In this document: piece by piece, positions 26,548-39,975 of the stretch
Numbering within the stretch: position 1 is the stretch's first letter
Layout: each line of letters begins with the position of its first letter
DNA from: Octopus vulgaris
Lineage: Eukaryota
Direction: 5' to 3'
Assembly (NCBI GenBank): GCA_951406725.2
Contig: OX597825.1
Span: forward strand, 6,510,001-6,574,000
Length of the DNA: 64,000 nucleotides
Notes under the pieces: model-generated
Seen by the model: the letters and a program-made list of their open reading frames with translations, nothing else
What the model was told of the DNA's origin: nothing
The model's database searches: none
Program-made: the position numbers and the translations under genes

Positions 26548-26787
26548 TATACACACTATATACATACATATGTGTATATATATATACGCATACATATATA
26601 TATGCACACGTACTTACAAGTGTACATCTATACATATATTCCTACACATATGTACACATGTATGTATATATATATATATATATATACATACACAGATACA
26701 TATATACATGTATATATATATACATACACATACAAATATATATGTGTATATACAAACACACACACATATATATATATACACATACAC

Positions 26788-26819
<32 letters not shown>

Positions 26820-27383
26820 CCATATAGGTATATATATATGCATATATATACACACACATGTGTATATATATATATGCATATGTATATATATACATGTATA
26901 TATATACACACATATGTATATATATACATATGTATGTATATATATATGTATATGTTCTTATGTATATATATGCATATATACATGTATATATATGTATGTA
27001 TATATATATGTATATGTTCTTATGTATATATATGCATATATACATGTATATATATGCATGTGTATATATATGTATATTTTTGTATATATATGTATGTATA
27101 TATATATATATATATTTGTATGCATGTATATATATATGTACATATGTATGTATATATGTATGTATATATATATGTATATATATATGTATGTATATATGTA
27201 TATTTATGTATATATATGTATCTATGTATACATATGTATTTATGTATATGCATGTATGTATATGTATGTATGTATATATATGTATGTATTTATATGAATA
27301 TATACATATGTATATATATGTATATAAATATGTATACATACGTATGTATGTATATTATATATATATGTATATGTATGTATATA

Positions 27384-27420
<37 letters not shown>

Positions 27421-27589
27421 ATATGTGTGTGTGTATATATATATATGTATCCATATATGTGTATGTATGTATGTATATATTTATATATATACATATATAA
27501 ATACACATACACTTTATATATTATCAGCTGTGTGTATATATTTATATAAATTTGTGCATAGACGAGCACACACACACATTATATATATG

Positions 27590-27641
<52 letters not shown>

Positions 27642-27668
27642 TATATGCGTATACATATATATATATTC
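25835..27668. repeat. Long alternating purine-pyrimidine (TA/CA/TG) array
   Basis: Direct reading; CA-rich left half and TG-rich right half. Confidence 0.95.
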
Positions 27669-27699
27669 ATTTATTGTTGTTTCAGAAAAATAGAATTTC

Positions 27700-29203
27700 T
27701 TCTAAAAATGTTAAATAATAAAAGAATCACTCAGGTAATTGTTCAACTTAAATGCAAGATTATGTACATTGGTAAACCAGAACCACATTAGTTTCGGAAA
27801 GATATATTTCAAGACTTATTTTTGACTGTATTTGAAGCATGTAAGAAACCATTGTAAATTCTGTGTAAATGCTTTGAATTCTCATAATTCTAAGAAATTG
27901 TTTCCTAACCATAGGATCACAGATTTTGACACATCTTTTGTTTGACTGATTGCCTTTGAAATGTCATCAGTGATAATAATGAAGTAATTCTTAATGGCTT
28001 GAATTGGCTCCCATCTCTACTTTGAAATATATCTCAGCAAGTGATTTAAACTCTGCTGATTTAATTATATCTGTTTTAACTGTTTCTGTTTAAACAAACC
28101 AGTATACCAAGAAAATTAGGTACAAAAGATTCATTTGGGAAGAGAGAGAGAGAGTGAGAGAGAGATATATAGTGAGAGATGATAATTGGTTTTATTTCTA
28201 AATATTTTTAAAACTGATGACGACATATTTATACTTGACTCTCTTTTTAAACTGAAATATTTATTAACAAACAATTTTTTATTTCTATTAGCCATACCTC
28301 ATGTATCTTAAGAAATAACATTTTTAAAAAAAAGCCATACTTTGAACTTTCCTTTCAAATATCTTCAAAATAAAATAGCTAAATGTTTTCATGTCGTTAA
28401 TCAGGTAGATACATGTAGAAATATAAAGATATGAATTTGAAATGATTTGTGCACAGTTGATTTTTTTGCCTTTTATTTTTTTGAGAAATTTTTTCAGTAA
28501 ATTTTCAAATAATTCATTTGTTTGAACAAAGCACACATACACACAATTCTTCATAATATTTTCATCCTGTGTGTGTCGGGGAGGTGGGGGCTATGTCTCT
28601 AAGCCAAAATAAATCAATAAATGAGTCCATGGATATCTAAACACAAAATCCATTTTTGTAAATTCACTAGGACTGAACAAGGGCCACATCAGTATTTTCT
28701 GTTAATAAGCCACAGAAAAGGGAAACGGCCATTCAATCTTTTCCTTTTAACTGTTTATTAAATTAAAACAACGGCCCCAAATTCTACCTTTTTTTTTGTT
28801 TAAAAGGGCTTTGGTTAAAATAATTTTATCTCTGTCATCCCTCCCTCCTTATATATTTTCTCCTTTTGATTCTTCTTTTCCAAGTTTAATGAAGTTTGAT
28901 AACAATAATAATAATAATCATAATCAAAAGAGTCGATAGCTTTAGTACAAATATATTTTCTATTAAGCTATTGTTCTCTTTTGCTTCTAAGCTTTTTTTC
29001 TTTTTTCCAATCAAAAACAGTTGATAACAGCATTTAACAGTAAAATTGTCAACATAAAATTTCCTGTAAGGATACATAATTTCAAGTATTTGGAATTTGC
29101 TTCTGATTGCCTTATTTCTGAGTCAGGCTGTGAAGAAATTCTAAAATATGTTTCACGCATACATACATACACACACATTTTTACACACACATACATGTGT
29201 GTA

Positions 29204-29262
<59 letters not shown>

Positions 29263-29531
29263 TTACACACATACACACATTATATATTTGTATATATTGT
29301 TATTAGATACTGATACAAGTTTTTGAATCCTGAGTTTCACATTTACAATTGTTCAAATTGTTTACAGAATCAGAACGGTGTAAACTCAGAGCTACAATCC
29401 AAGAAGCTTCAGATTCTAATAAAATACAAACACAACACCTTTATTTATTCAATACTTTTTTCCCATTTGTGAATGCAAATGTCCAGTAATCCCTATACAT
29501 ATAAATACACATGTATGTATGTGTGTGTGTG

Positions 29532-29582
<51 letters not shown>

Positions 29583-29843
29583 TTTCACACTATGTTGGAA
29601 AACAACCCAGAGGAGTACTCAATGCATACATAGAGTGCAGTAATCTAAGCCTGTAGGCTTAAATACCATACATATATATATATATAATGTGTGTGTGTGT
29701 GTATCCATACATGTATATGTATATACATGCATGTATGCCTACATATATATATACATACACATATGTATGATTATATATATTTGTATATATGTATTTATAC
29801 ATGTTTATATATTTGTATATGTATATACATATAAGCATATATT

Positions 29844-29887
<44 letters not shown>

Positions 29888-30914
29888 ATATAAATATATA
29901 TTTGCATATGTATATATACACACATATATAAATATTTGCATATATATACATAATATATATGTATAATTATATATATGCCTACGTATATTTCAAAGCATGC
30001 ACAAACACAGATTTACAAAAAAAAAGAAAAAGAAAAAAAAAACAACAAAAAAAAAACAAAACAAAAAGAACCCAATTAATGAGAACCAACCTGATATCTT
30101 TAAAGGTTCTGTTTGAATCTGTAGCAAATCAAATTTATTGAACTAAAACAGATGAGAATTAAACCACGAAAATTGTGATAATTTCTCATTTCTTTCAATT
30201 AACGATTATTTTGTTGCCAATTTTTTTATTTTTCCAACTTTTCCTTCTATATGCTTTGTCACAAAATTATATACGTCCAGCCATGGATAGAATAGATTTG
30301 ATATTTATTTATATGAGGAAGCTGGTTTATTAATCAACATTTTATAGGCCAGGCATTTGATGCTGTCTGTTGCAGCAGCAGCTATCAAACAACAGGTTAT
30401 GTTACAATGAAATAGAGCCGTTAAGAGAGTGAGAGTAAATGAAAAATTAAAGATAAAATAATGAAACAAACAACAAAACAGCATCAAAACAAGTCTTTAT
30501 ATAACTTGTCTGTTCGTCTACGGCTAAATGCCCCTTAAACTAATTTACTTTGATCTACCTGAACACATTTGTTTTATGGGGTTTATTTTGTCATTTGTCT
30601 GGCAGTAGTTACTAATCCATTTGATTTGGTTGGTGAAAGTGTTTTCTTGGCTAAACAGTTATAGAATTAACACGGCTAAATGGTAGGTTATTTTCAGTTT
30701 CCTATTTAAACGCTTTCATCCAGCCATTAAACATTTCTCTTATTCTGTCTCACATGCAATAAGTAGGAAGTGTTTGATAGTGTGTGTGTATATATATATA
30801 TATATGTGTGTGTGTATACATATGTATATATATATATATACGTATATATGTGTATATATATGTATATATATATATGTGTATATATATGTATATATATATA
30901 TACATATATATATG

Positions 30915-30965
<51 letters not shown>

Positions 30966-32761
30966 GTATTTGTATGTATGTTCATTTGCAGCTTCATATC
31001 CTTGTTTTTTTTGCATATTTAACATAAGGCGCATATCCTTGTTCTTTTTATATACTTTCAGCTTTTTCTTTATATGTAAATATATATATATATAGTATAC
31101 ATATATAAGAATTGTTGAAAGGACTGGGAAACATTTTCTTTTAAATAAATTTAAAGAAATAAAAAAGAAGCCTCTTAAATTTTAGTTTCAAACTGGAAAT
31201 CTAATGCCAACAGTTTGATTATGGTCTTTGTTATATTAAGAAATTTAATCCAAAGGAAAAAAAAAAAGTCTTTGGTTACATTTTGATGGATTTATTTACT
31301 TTTGTTGAGACTCTACCATAGTTAATAACGTTTTTCTACTCAAAACATTTGCGACTATTTCTATTGTTATACTTTATTCTTTGTGATTGTGTTGTTAGTG
31401 TTAGTTCCACTTTAAACACAACGATCAGTTCCTGAATGCTAGAATCTTTGTCTTCTATTCACCAGACAATAGATTGTTGATTCTGTTGACAGTGAGCACC
31501 AGTCCATGCCACAACAAATTCGGAGTTAATTTTACCAGCATTTTTGCTTTTTTTCTGAAATATGTTCCAAAAGCTAACCTGAAAAATAGTTTCCTTTTTG
31601 TTTGTCAAATATTTTGTTTCTGGATTTTATTTTTTTAAACAGAAATCTTTTAATTCCTTCAATTTTTTTTCTATTCACTAAAAATGATGGCTTCCATTTT
31701 CTCCTCAATATTCTTGTTTTAATTGTTGTTCTTCCGATGCAGAAAGTATGTGGACAATTTTAGTATCAAGTTTGCTTCCAGTTATGATTAAAAAGCATAA
31801 AATTAAAAATAATAATAAAGGCTTCTTTTTTTTTTGTTTTCAAATCATTTCAAAGAAAATTATCTGTTTTTAAAAGTGTCTGTTCGTATAGTTTGGCTTC
31901 ATTTCTCTTTTAAAATATTCATTATAATAATTTTAATTTTTTCTTTTTAAATATTTTACTCTATATATTGGTTTAGTAAGGAAACCACCAAAATGGTTCT
32001 GCTGCCAGTGGATGAAATCAATTTTTCCTTCAAATTTATATTTTTTTAGTGTTTTTTTTTTTTTTTGATACTTCAAACAGAAAAATGGAATAAAATAAAT
32101 GTATTTTATACAAGAACACAGAAAAAATTTCCAATTCTTAGATAGACCTCCCTTCCCCTCAGAAAGCTCCATTCAACTAAAAAAAAAAGAAAAAGTTATC
32201 AATCTCTGTTGTTTCTCTGCTCAGGAGATTTCTCAATGCACACTCGGGGCCCAAACTTTCCACAGCCTACTTCAGGTTTGCCAATGTTTTCAAAGTGCAA
32301 AACACTTCAATAATTTGGTATTGTGTTATCCAAGATTGGTCCTAAATAATGATTACAAAAAAAAAAAAAATTAAGAATAGTAAAACCCAACTCCTTTTCC
32401 GTTCGTGTACTCCTCCTTAGCCTCCTCCTCCACCTCGTCCCCTCAGTTCAATAGATTTGTGTATCTTTCCAACACTGTCTTCTTTCACCTCTTACCTTTC
32501 TCTCTGCTCCATCTTTAACCTTGTCTAATTCACTTGCATTGCTAATAAGGCAGACCCTCAAATATCTAATTTGACATTTTTCATGATAAAAGATAGTAGG
32601 GGGGTGGGGTGGGGAGCAGGTTGGAGTATGTTAGCTTTAATAAAAATGATGCTTCAAAGAGGTGGGAAAATGGTTTCTTCTTTTGCTTGTAAATATGTAA
32701 GGCCATAAAACAAAACATTAACAATTAAAAGCAAAACTTAAAATGCTAGAATAAATAAAGT

Positions 32762-32802
<41 letters not shown>

Positions 32803-34416
32803 GCACACAAGTCTGGACTTGAGCAGATGTGAGTGCTTTTAGTGTTGGTCCAGCTTGTTTTCATGTTTGCAAATATTAGAATTCAGAGAAATAAAATCAT
32901 AAATTTCTCAGTATTTTCAAATTGCTTTCTTAAACTTCTCATGTAAATATTAACGAATTTCTTTAATATATATATATATATGTTTTTCTGCCTTCATTCA
33001 AAATCCAAGCAAAATCTGATGAATTATGATGACAAATATTAATATTGTCATTATTATGAATATTATCTTAAAACTGTCATTATGATGAATACTGTCTTAA
33101 TATCGTTCATCTATACACACTTTATTTACTTTATAGAAGTTTTAAGATTTCTGGTTGCAACTTGCAAAGCAAATTCAGTTTAACTTTATAATAAATCTTA
33201 TTAAAGCTCAAATATATTAGTTCATTCAAGACATTTGTGTTATGAAACTTGTAATTTATAATCCTTTAATACCTTCAGAAAGTGTTTGTTCTCATAATGA
33301 TAATGAAGAAACTTATATAAAATGATGGCGGTGGCATTCCTTTAGCGGCTATTTCTAACAACTGAATGGTTTAACACCCACTGTCGTGAAACTCCACTTA
33401 TATATAGAGAGAAGTGATTTTGTGACCTGTTTTCTTATTTTTAATTATTTATTATGGGGAAGGGGCAATCCACAACCAGATGCAGTAATTTCTGTTTAAT
33501 TCTTTTAGAGAAGTCGAGTAAAAATCAGCAATCTTCCATAGCAGAACCTAGTTAAATAGTTATGCATACGGTTCTTATCTAGCTTGCTACTAATAATAAC
33601 AATGTTGCTGTAATTATTGCATATCAATATCATATAACAGAAAAATCTCCAGCAATAACATTGAATTTCATTTAGTAGTAATTGTGAGAGAGAGAGAGAG
33701 AAGAAAGGATTATATAAAATTTTTTGTGGGGGATGATGACACAGTTTAAACTAGTTTGCTATATAATAAATCAAAATTAAAAAAAATAATAATAATAATA
33801 AAGCAAATCAGGTCAAAGGACATAGGAGGACTGATAGTGATGAGACAGACAGGTGTGTTCAGACAGGTGTGTTCCATGCAGCAATAGACATTTAGTTACA
33901 GGATGCTTCAGTGGATGGTGGTTAATAGCAACAGCTGTGAAATGTCATTCAGTGTTGTTCTCTTGATGAATCTGGGTATTACAGTTTTGCTAAACTTATG
34001 CTAAGAGCTCACCATTTTCTACTGCAAGGACCACACACACACACACACACACATACATATGTATGCATATATAAACATACATATATGTATGTAAATCTTA
34101 ACATATTTGTTAGGATTTATGCAGGAAAAAAAAATCTGATTAATGCACACATACATGTTTATATTCAGCCTATGAGTATGTATGCATGCATTTGTAAGTA
34201 TGTGTGAAAGTATATATAAGTTCCAATATAAAAGATGTTCTTAGGTTTGGCAGCCATCTGTGTGTGCAAAATACTCTCAAGAATCTGCTGTTACTTCTGA
34301 CTTTTTTTAGGCTGTTTATAAATCATATAAACTGGTGTGTTTTTCTTTATTTTTAAGTCTGTATTCCCATCTATCCTTCCTCTCCATTCTGTTCATCTTT
34401 CCCGTAAGCTTCATGG
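27700..34416 (-). other. Putative long 3' UTR or constrained non-coding region
   Basis: Follows the stop at 34417 on the minus strand; no dispersed TEs recognised; several AATAAA on the minus strand (e.g. about 30305, 29441, 28755). Confidence 0.45.
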
Positions 34417-34544
34417 TCAGGATATAAATTTGATGAGACCCCAACATATCACTTGGGTTAACAAGACACAAAATAGGCTGAATGGGAGTAGTCGTGGTGA
34501 GAAATTACTTTCTTCACTACGTTTGTCATTGTAGTTATTATGAC
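34417..34544 (-). CDS. Terminal coding exon encoding a GPI-anchor signal or tail-anchor-like C-terminus (xHNNYNDKRSEESNFSPRLLPFSLFCVLLTQVICWGLIKFIS*)
   Basis: Very strong acceptor tttttcttttttctttttctttgcag; polar linker, small residues SN-S, then a hydrophobic tail ending at the stop. Confidence 0.6.
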
Positions 34545-35430
34545 CTGCAAAGAAAAAGAAAAAAGAAAAATATAAAATAATTTGTAGCATCATTTCAATT
34601 AATTTATTAAACATAAAAATGTAAATATTTATTTTATATTTTGGGATGGTCATTTTTTTTCTTTCAAAATAAACACATGCACCATATATTTATTACTCCA
34701 GGCTTATTATTGTTCCTAATTTACGTCCTTTGTTTGGAAATCTTTCGTCACACATCCTGCAATCTCTTCAGCAACTCTCCATCCTACGTTTTGGCAAAAA
34801 AAAAAAAAAAAAAAGGACCGTCCCGAAATATAACAATATCTGTTTGAACTCATAATTTCACATAAGGAATCTCACAAAACAAAAACATAAATGTAATATT
34901 TATATAAATCAAAAGAATGGTTGTGAATTGTCTTAGAGCTGTAAGGCTGTTGAGCTTCTTGCTGGGATCTGTCTATCTTATAGCAGATTTTTAATTGAAA
35001 TTTTTGGTTCAGTTGAACTTCATTAAACCTAGAGCTAAATGCAAATTCTTGTAATAGCAAATATCCAAACTTGAAAAACATATTGCACCCACACAAATGA
35101 AAAAAGTGAGTATCTTTCTTAAGCAGTATGAGAAAAAAAGGAACCTAAAAGGAACATAAAACTTCATAACCCATCTCTTTACAAGAGAAAGCTGGATAAA
35201 TTCCTCAAGAAACAATGGTCATGTCAATTGATTCTTTCTTTTATAAAGTGCTGAAAGCATTTCCAGTATAATGTGCTAATCTTAGCAATATTTTGCTTTT
35301 GATAAGTTATTTTCTTTTTTTTTAATTGATGCCAAAATATATTCTTTAAGTCACTAAATTGTTTGTATCACTTCTATCATAGTTACATCATTAGCAATAT
35401 CAATTCTGGAACATATATCTATTTCAGTTA

Positions 35431-35882
35431 TATATCTAAGAGATTAGGAATTATGTACATTATTTACATTTGACGGATATTTGTCCTCATCTTGTTTGTT
35501 ATTAACACAACATTTTGGCTGATATACCCTCCAGCCTTCATCAGGTGTCCTGGGGAAATTTCGAACCTGAGTTCTCATTCCTAAGGTATTTTTTTCTCAA
35601 TGTTATTATTATCATTACTATTATTATTCAGTGCCTGGAATCAAACTTGGAATCTTGGGGTTAAGAGCGCGGGCTACTAACCCTAAGATTTCAGGTTCGA
35701 TTCCAGGCAGTGATCTGAATAATAATAATAATTATAACAACAACAACAACGTGGAAAATACCTTAGGAATGAGAACCCAGGTTCGAAATTTCCCCAAGAC
35801 ACTTGATGAAGGCTGGAGGGTATATCAGCCGAAACATTGTATTAATAACAAAAAAGATGAGGACAAATATCCATCAAATGTA
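35431..35882. mobile_element. Family A inverted dimer with two hammerheads
   Basis: Minus copy with HHR at 35504-35549 joined at GGTTA to plus copy with HHR at 35798-35843. Confidence 0.9.
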
Positions 35883-36559
35883 TATATCCATTTGTTATAT
35901 CACCATACATTCACTGATAACCTTCAAAGACATTAGCTACAAGAAGTATGAAGAAATATCTGCCCTTTGGTAAAGAACAGAATCCAAGAAAACTCATGGT
36001 TACTACTTTGTCCCTTCCCAATGCTTCCTTCTCTTTTTAAACAGTGACAAAAGCTTGCACAAGATTAAAATCTCCATTCCACCCAGCTATTTCCTCTTTC
36101 TCTTGGGTTGTACATTCATAATAGGGTCCCATCCAATTCCAAGTCACTGATCACTTTCATTTCTATTTTCTACACATGGCTCTCATCTTGGAGATTACCT
36201 CAACAGGCATCATTTTCAATAATACCCAAGCATTCTTCAAAATCATACCTAGAGTATTCCAATTCACAGGCCAATATCAGTTTACACAGTCACCATACAG
36301 TAATGTTTATCATCAGAGAAACAATATCCCCTGAAAAAGTTTTCTATCTGAAATGTTAGATTCTTTTTCTTTCTTCTCAAGGCAAACCACTTTATTACAG
36401 TTTACAACTATTTGTATTTCAGTGAAACATACTAATCCCTTCATGTAGCATATAACTTGTTGCTTAACATCTTAGTAAAATCTTAGTGTAGCTAAGATAT
36501 TTTCTCAGATGGTCTTTACTTAACTTCATATTTTACTCTGCTGGGACTCCATAGCCATT

Positions 36560-36606
<47 letters not shown>

Positions 36607-36684
36607 ATCCAACTGTATTTTTATAATTAACTATTATTAAAAACTGTATAAAAATTAACTTATTTTGTGCATTATAGGATGCTG

Positions 36685-37107
36685 ACGTGGCCAATGACAG
36701 TACCACCTGATTGGCACTTGTGCCAGTGGAATGTTAAAAGCTCATCTAAGCGTGATCGTTGCCAGGGCCACGGATTGGCTCCTGTGTACAGGCACATGTG
36801 CTGGTGGCACATAAAAAACAACATTCGAGCATGGTCATTACCAGTACCGGTGGACTGGCTCCTGTCCAGGTAGAACGTAAAGATGCCTTTTGAGCGTGGT
36901 CATTGTCAGAACAGCCTGACTGGCCCTCGTGCTAGTGGTATGTAAAAGCACCCATTACACTCTTGGAGTGGTTGGTGTTAAGGGCATCCAGCTGTAGAAA
37001 TTTTGCCAGATCAGACTGAGCCTGGTGCAGCCTCTGGCTCACCAGTCCTCTGTCAAACCGTCCAATCCATGCCAGCATGGAAAGCGGACGTTAAACAATG
37101 ATGATGA
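36685..37107 (+). mobile_element. RTE 3' module
   Basis: Matches 8270-8868. Confidence 0.8.
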
Positions 37108-38888
37108 AGCAAGTTATTGCACATAAATTTTAACAACAAAATCTTATGTGGCCTCATCCAAGGGCCACATGGATCCTCATTGAAAGCCACTTATTTAGCT
37201 GAACCATACTTCAAACTAAACGAGAAACTCCTAAACTTCTTTATTTTAGTCAACAGCTGTGTATTGTCATCTTTAAAGATTACTTGGTTCTAGCTTGGTA
37301 CCAGTAAGAAGTGGCATTTAAGCTTAATTCACTTTTGCTTCTAAATGTTGTTTCTAAAGATTCCAACAATAATTGAAGAATATACAGACATTATTAATTG
37401 ATCAAGACAATAGCTGAGGTGAAATTTCATTTTAATATTATTACAGAATTCACACGTTTCTTGAAAATCTAACACATTTTGTTTCATATTTTTCACTGAA
37501 TCCACCCTTTTCTACCAGACTACCGTGTGAATAGCATAGTGAAAATTACAAGTTATTTTGTAGCATTCCTAAATGATATTTACTGATATTAACTGAAATT
37601 ACAACTTTCAAAGACTTAATTTAGGATGTCAGACATTCAATAAATGTATTAATAGCAAAATGATGGTGCTTTTGTGTCTAAAATGTAACCAAGCAATATA
37701 TTATTGTCTTTTCATGTTTACAGTTTGGAACAAAGTGAAAGAAACATTGTGTTTTTCTTATAAATTTCATTCGAAATAAACTTGAGACCAAACAAACAAA
37801 ATGAGAGAATTAAATGGAAGAATACACAACAAATATTGTTCAATGTAATCACCATTTCAATCGTTTAGAATTTAATCACTGAGAAAATATTTGTAGCTTT
37901 TACCTCTGTGTTTTATTCAAAGAATAAGGATAAACCCATTACTTTTATTGGAAAAGTAAGAATGTGATTAATATATATTTTTTAATATTTTAAAATTATC
38001 AGCAATCTTTTACTTCCAGTAGAAATGAATATTTTATTTGACGTCCAATGTTTGAATGGATTTAAGATATATTATTTCTTTAGAACTACTGTTCTGCTAA
38101 AATAAACACTGAAATTTCTTTTATCATTAGTATTTCATTATTGAAATGTTAAACTATATGTATATGATATCAAAAAAATTGGTCGACATAAAAGACGTGC
38201 CACACTTATGCTTCTCTTACATTTCAACTAAGCTTAATATTTCACTATGTTCTTTGTAGATTAAAATGGTTTGGTAAATTAGAAAGGTAAGCTTTGTTAA
38301 CTGGAGAAGTGGCTTCAGCAGGTGATGCACAGATTATAGGAGAATTGTCTTTACTTGGAGCATCATCATAATATCAAACAATCACCTGACAAAACTGTAA
38401 CAAGTTGAAATGACTTAGAATATTACATGATTTTTGTTCTTGGGTAGCAATTGTTATTTCCTCTTTGCTTACCTCTAGAAAGTATGAAAAATGGTTAATA
38501 TTTCCTTCAAATTTTGCTTCTCTTAGATTTATTCAAATCCCAAAGAATCCCTCTTAACACATGGTTATGATGCTCCCCAACTACTTCTGCTCATGATCAG
38601 AGATGCACAGATTGTCAGCCACTAAGGGACATGCTCAAGTGGTTAAGATCATGCAAGTCTGTGGTATGGAGCAGAATATTTGCTATAATGATATTTCTGC
38701 TTCAGCAACACAGTGCTGAATCAGTCTGAAATGTAATGGAAAATAGGTCCGTTTTAAAACCTTGATGTCCAGGTCATAAAAGCAAAGATGGAAAGCAATA
38801 GTAGTCATTTCCTTTGATTTCTAGACAGAAGCAAAGGGGAAATAACACTTACTGACCAAAGACATATAAATAAAATAAATTACACATA

Positions 38889-39292
38889 GGCACAGGAGTA
38901 GCTGTGTGGTAAGTCGCTTGCTTACCAACCACATGGTTCCGGGTTAAGTCCCACTGCGTGGCACCTTGGCCAAGTGTCTTCTACTATAGCCTCGGACTGA
39001 CCAAAGCCTTGTGAATGGATTTGGTAGACAGAAACTGAAAGAAGCCCATCATATATATATGTGTGTGTGTATAAGTTTGTATGTGTTTCTGTGCCTGTGT
39101 TTGTCCCCCCCAACATCGCTTGACAACTGATGCTGATGTGTTTACGTCCCCATAACTTAGCGGATCGGCAAAAGAGACCGATAGAATAAGTACTAGGCTT
39201 ACAAAGAATAAGTTCTGGGGTCGATTTGCTTGACTAAAGGCAGTGCTCCAGCATGGCCACAGTCAAATGACTGAAACAAGTAAAAGAGTAAA
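38889..39292 (+). mobile_element. Full-length tRNA SINE with internal (TA)(TG) repeat
   Basis: Box A/B head and TAAAAGAG tail; copies at 51828, 54249 and 59710. Confidence 0.88.
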
Positions 39293-39740
39293 GAGAGTGT
39301 TGTGGGAGAATTGTTTTACTTGGTACCACATTATAATGTCACACAACCATCCTACAAAACTGTGACCGGCTGAAATGACTTCAACGAGTCACAAAATATT
39401 TGATGTGATGTTTACAATTTCGTAATAGTGAATTGTCTTCATCTCAATTACTAAATCTCTACATATATAAATAATAGTTTACTAAAAAGCATGTTAGTAA
39501 ACTAAGTTGCAATTCCAATGTCTGGTTGTAACTATTTGATATCATTTATATTGTTAAGTCTTATAATGTTAACAGTCCCATTCCATCTGCCTCCCACCTT
39601 GAAGTCAATAGGGTGAAACACTCAGTGACGTTGCTGTGCTGAGTGTTAATTCTAAAAATCAAACACGACCAGTTATACCAAACATTGATAACATAACTTT
39701 GATGCACATGTGTGGATAAAAATATTCACTTTATTATTGG

Positions 39741-39786
<46 letters not shown>

Positions 39787-39789
<3 letters not shown>

Positions 39790-39975
39790 AGAGTTTACAA
39801 AAAAACCCAAAAGATGAAGGCAGGTGGTGTAGAAAACAAACAGATGTATTAGTTTAACGCTCAGGAATAGAAAAAGTCTTTTACGTTTCGAGCCTACGCT
39901 CTTCTACAGAAAGGCACACAGAAAAAACAAGGAGAGAAAAAAGTGTGTGTAGTGGCTAATGATCTATCATGGCGT
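39787..39975 (-). mobile_element. Family B PLE pseudo-LTR-like element with hammerhead-like motif
   Basis: Minus strand 39878-39913: CTTT-CTGTAGA-A-GAGC-GTAG-GCTC-GAAAC-GTA-AAAG; abuts (TA)n. Confidence 0.75.

Noticed and set aside
25891-27791. Long YI/HT/CV-rich ORFs up to 292 aa (also 50647-51395 and others)
   Set aside because: Translations of TA/CA/TG microsatellites that are open in many frames
31420-31445. Partial similarity to miR-217 (also short miR-9, miR-29, miR-31 and miR-137-like matches elsewhere)
   Set aside because: Matches are incomplete and there is no precursor hairpin
34729-34783. Minus-strand exon WRVAEEIAGCVTKDFQTKD
   Set aside because: Weak donor; its phase would force the terminal exon into a less plausible frame; unresolved without RNA data
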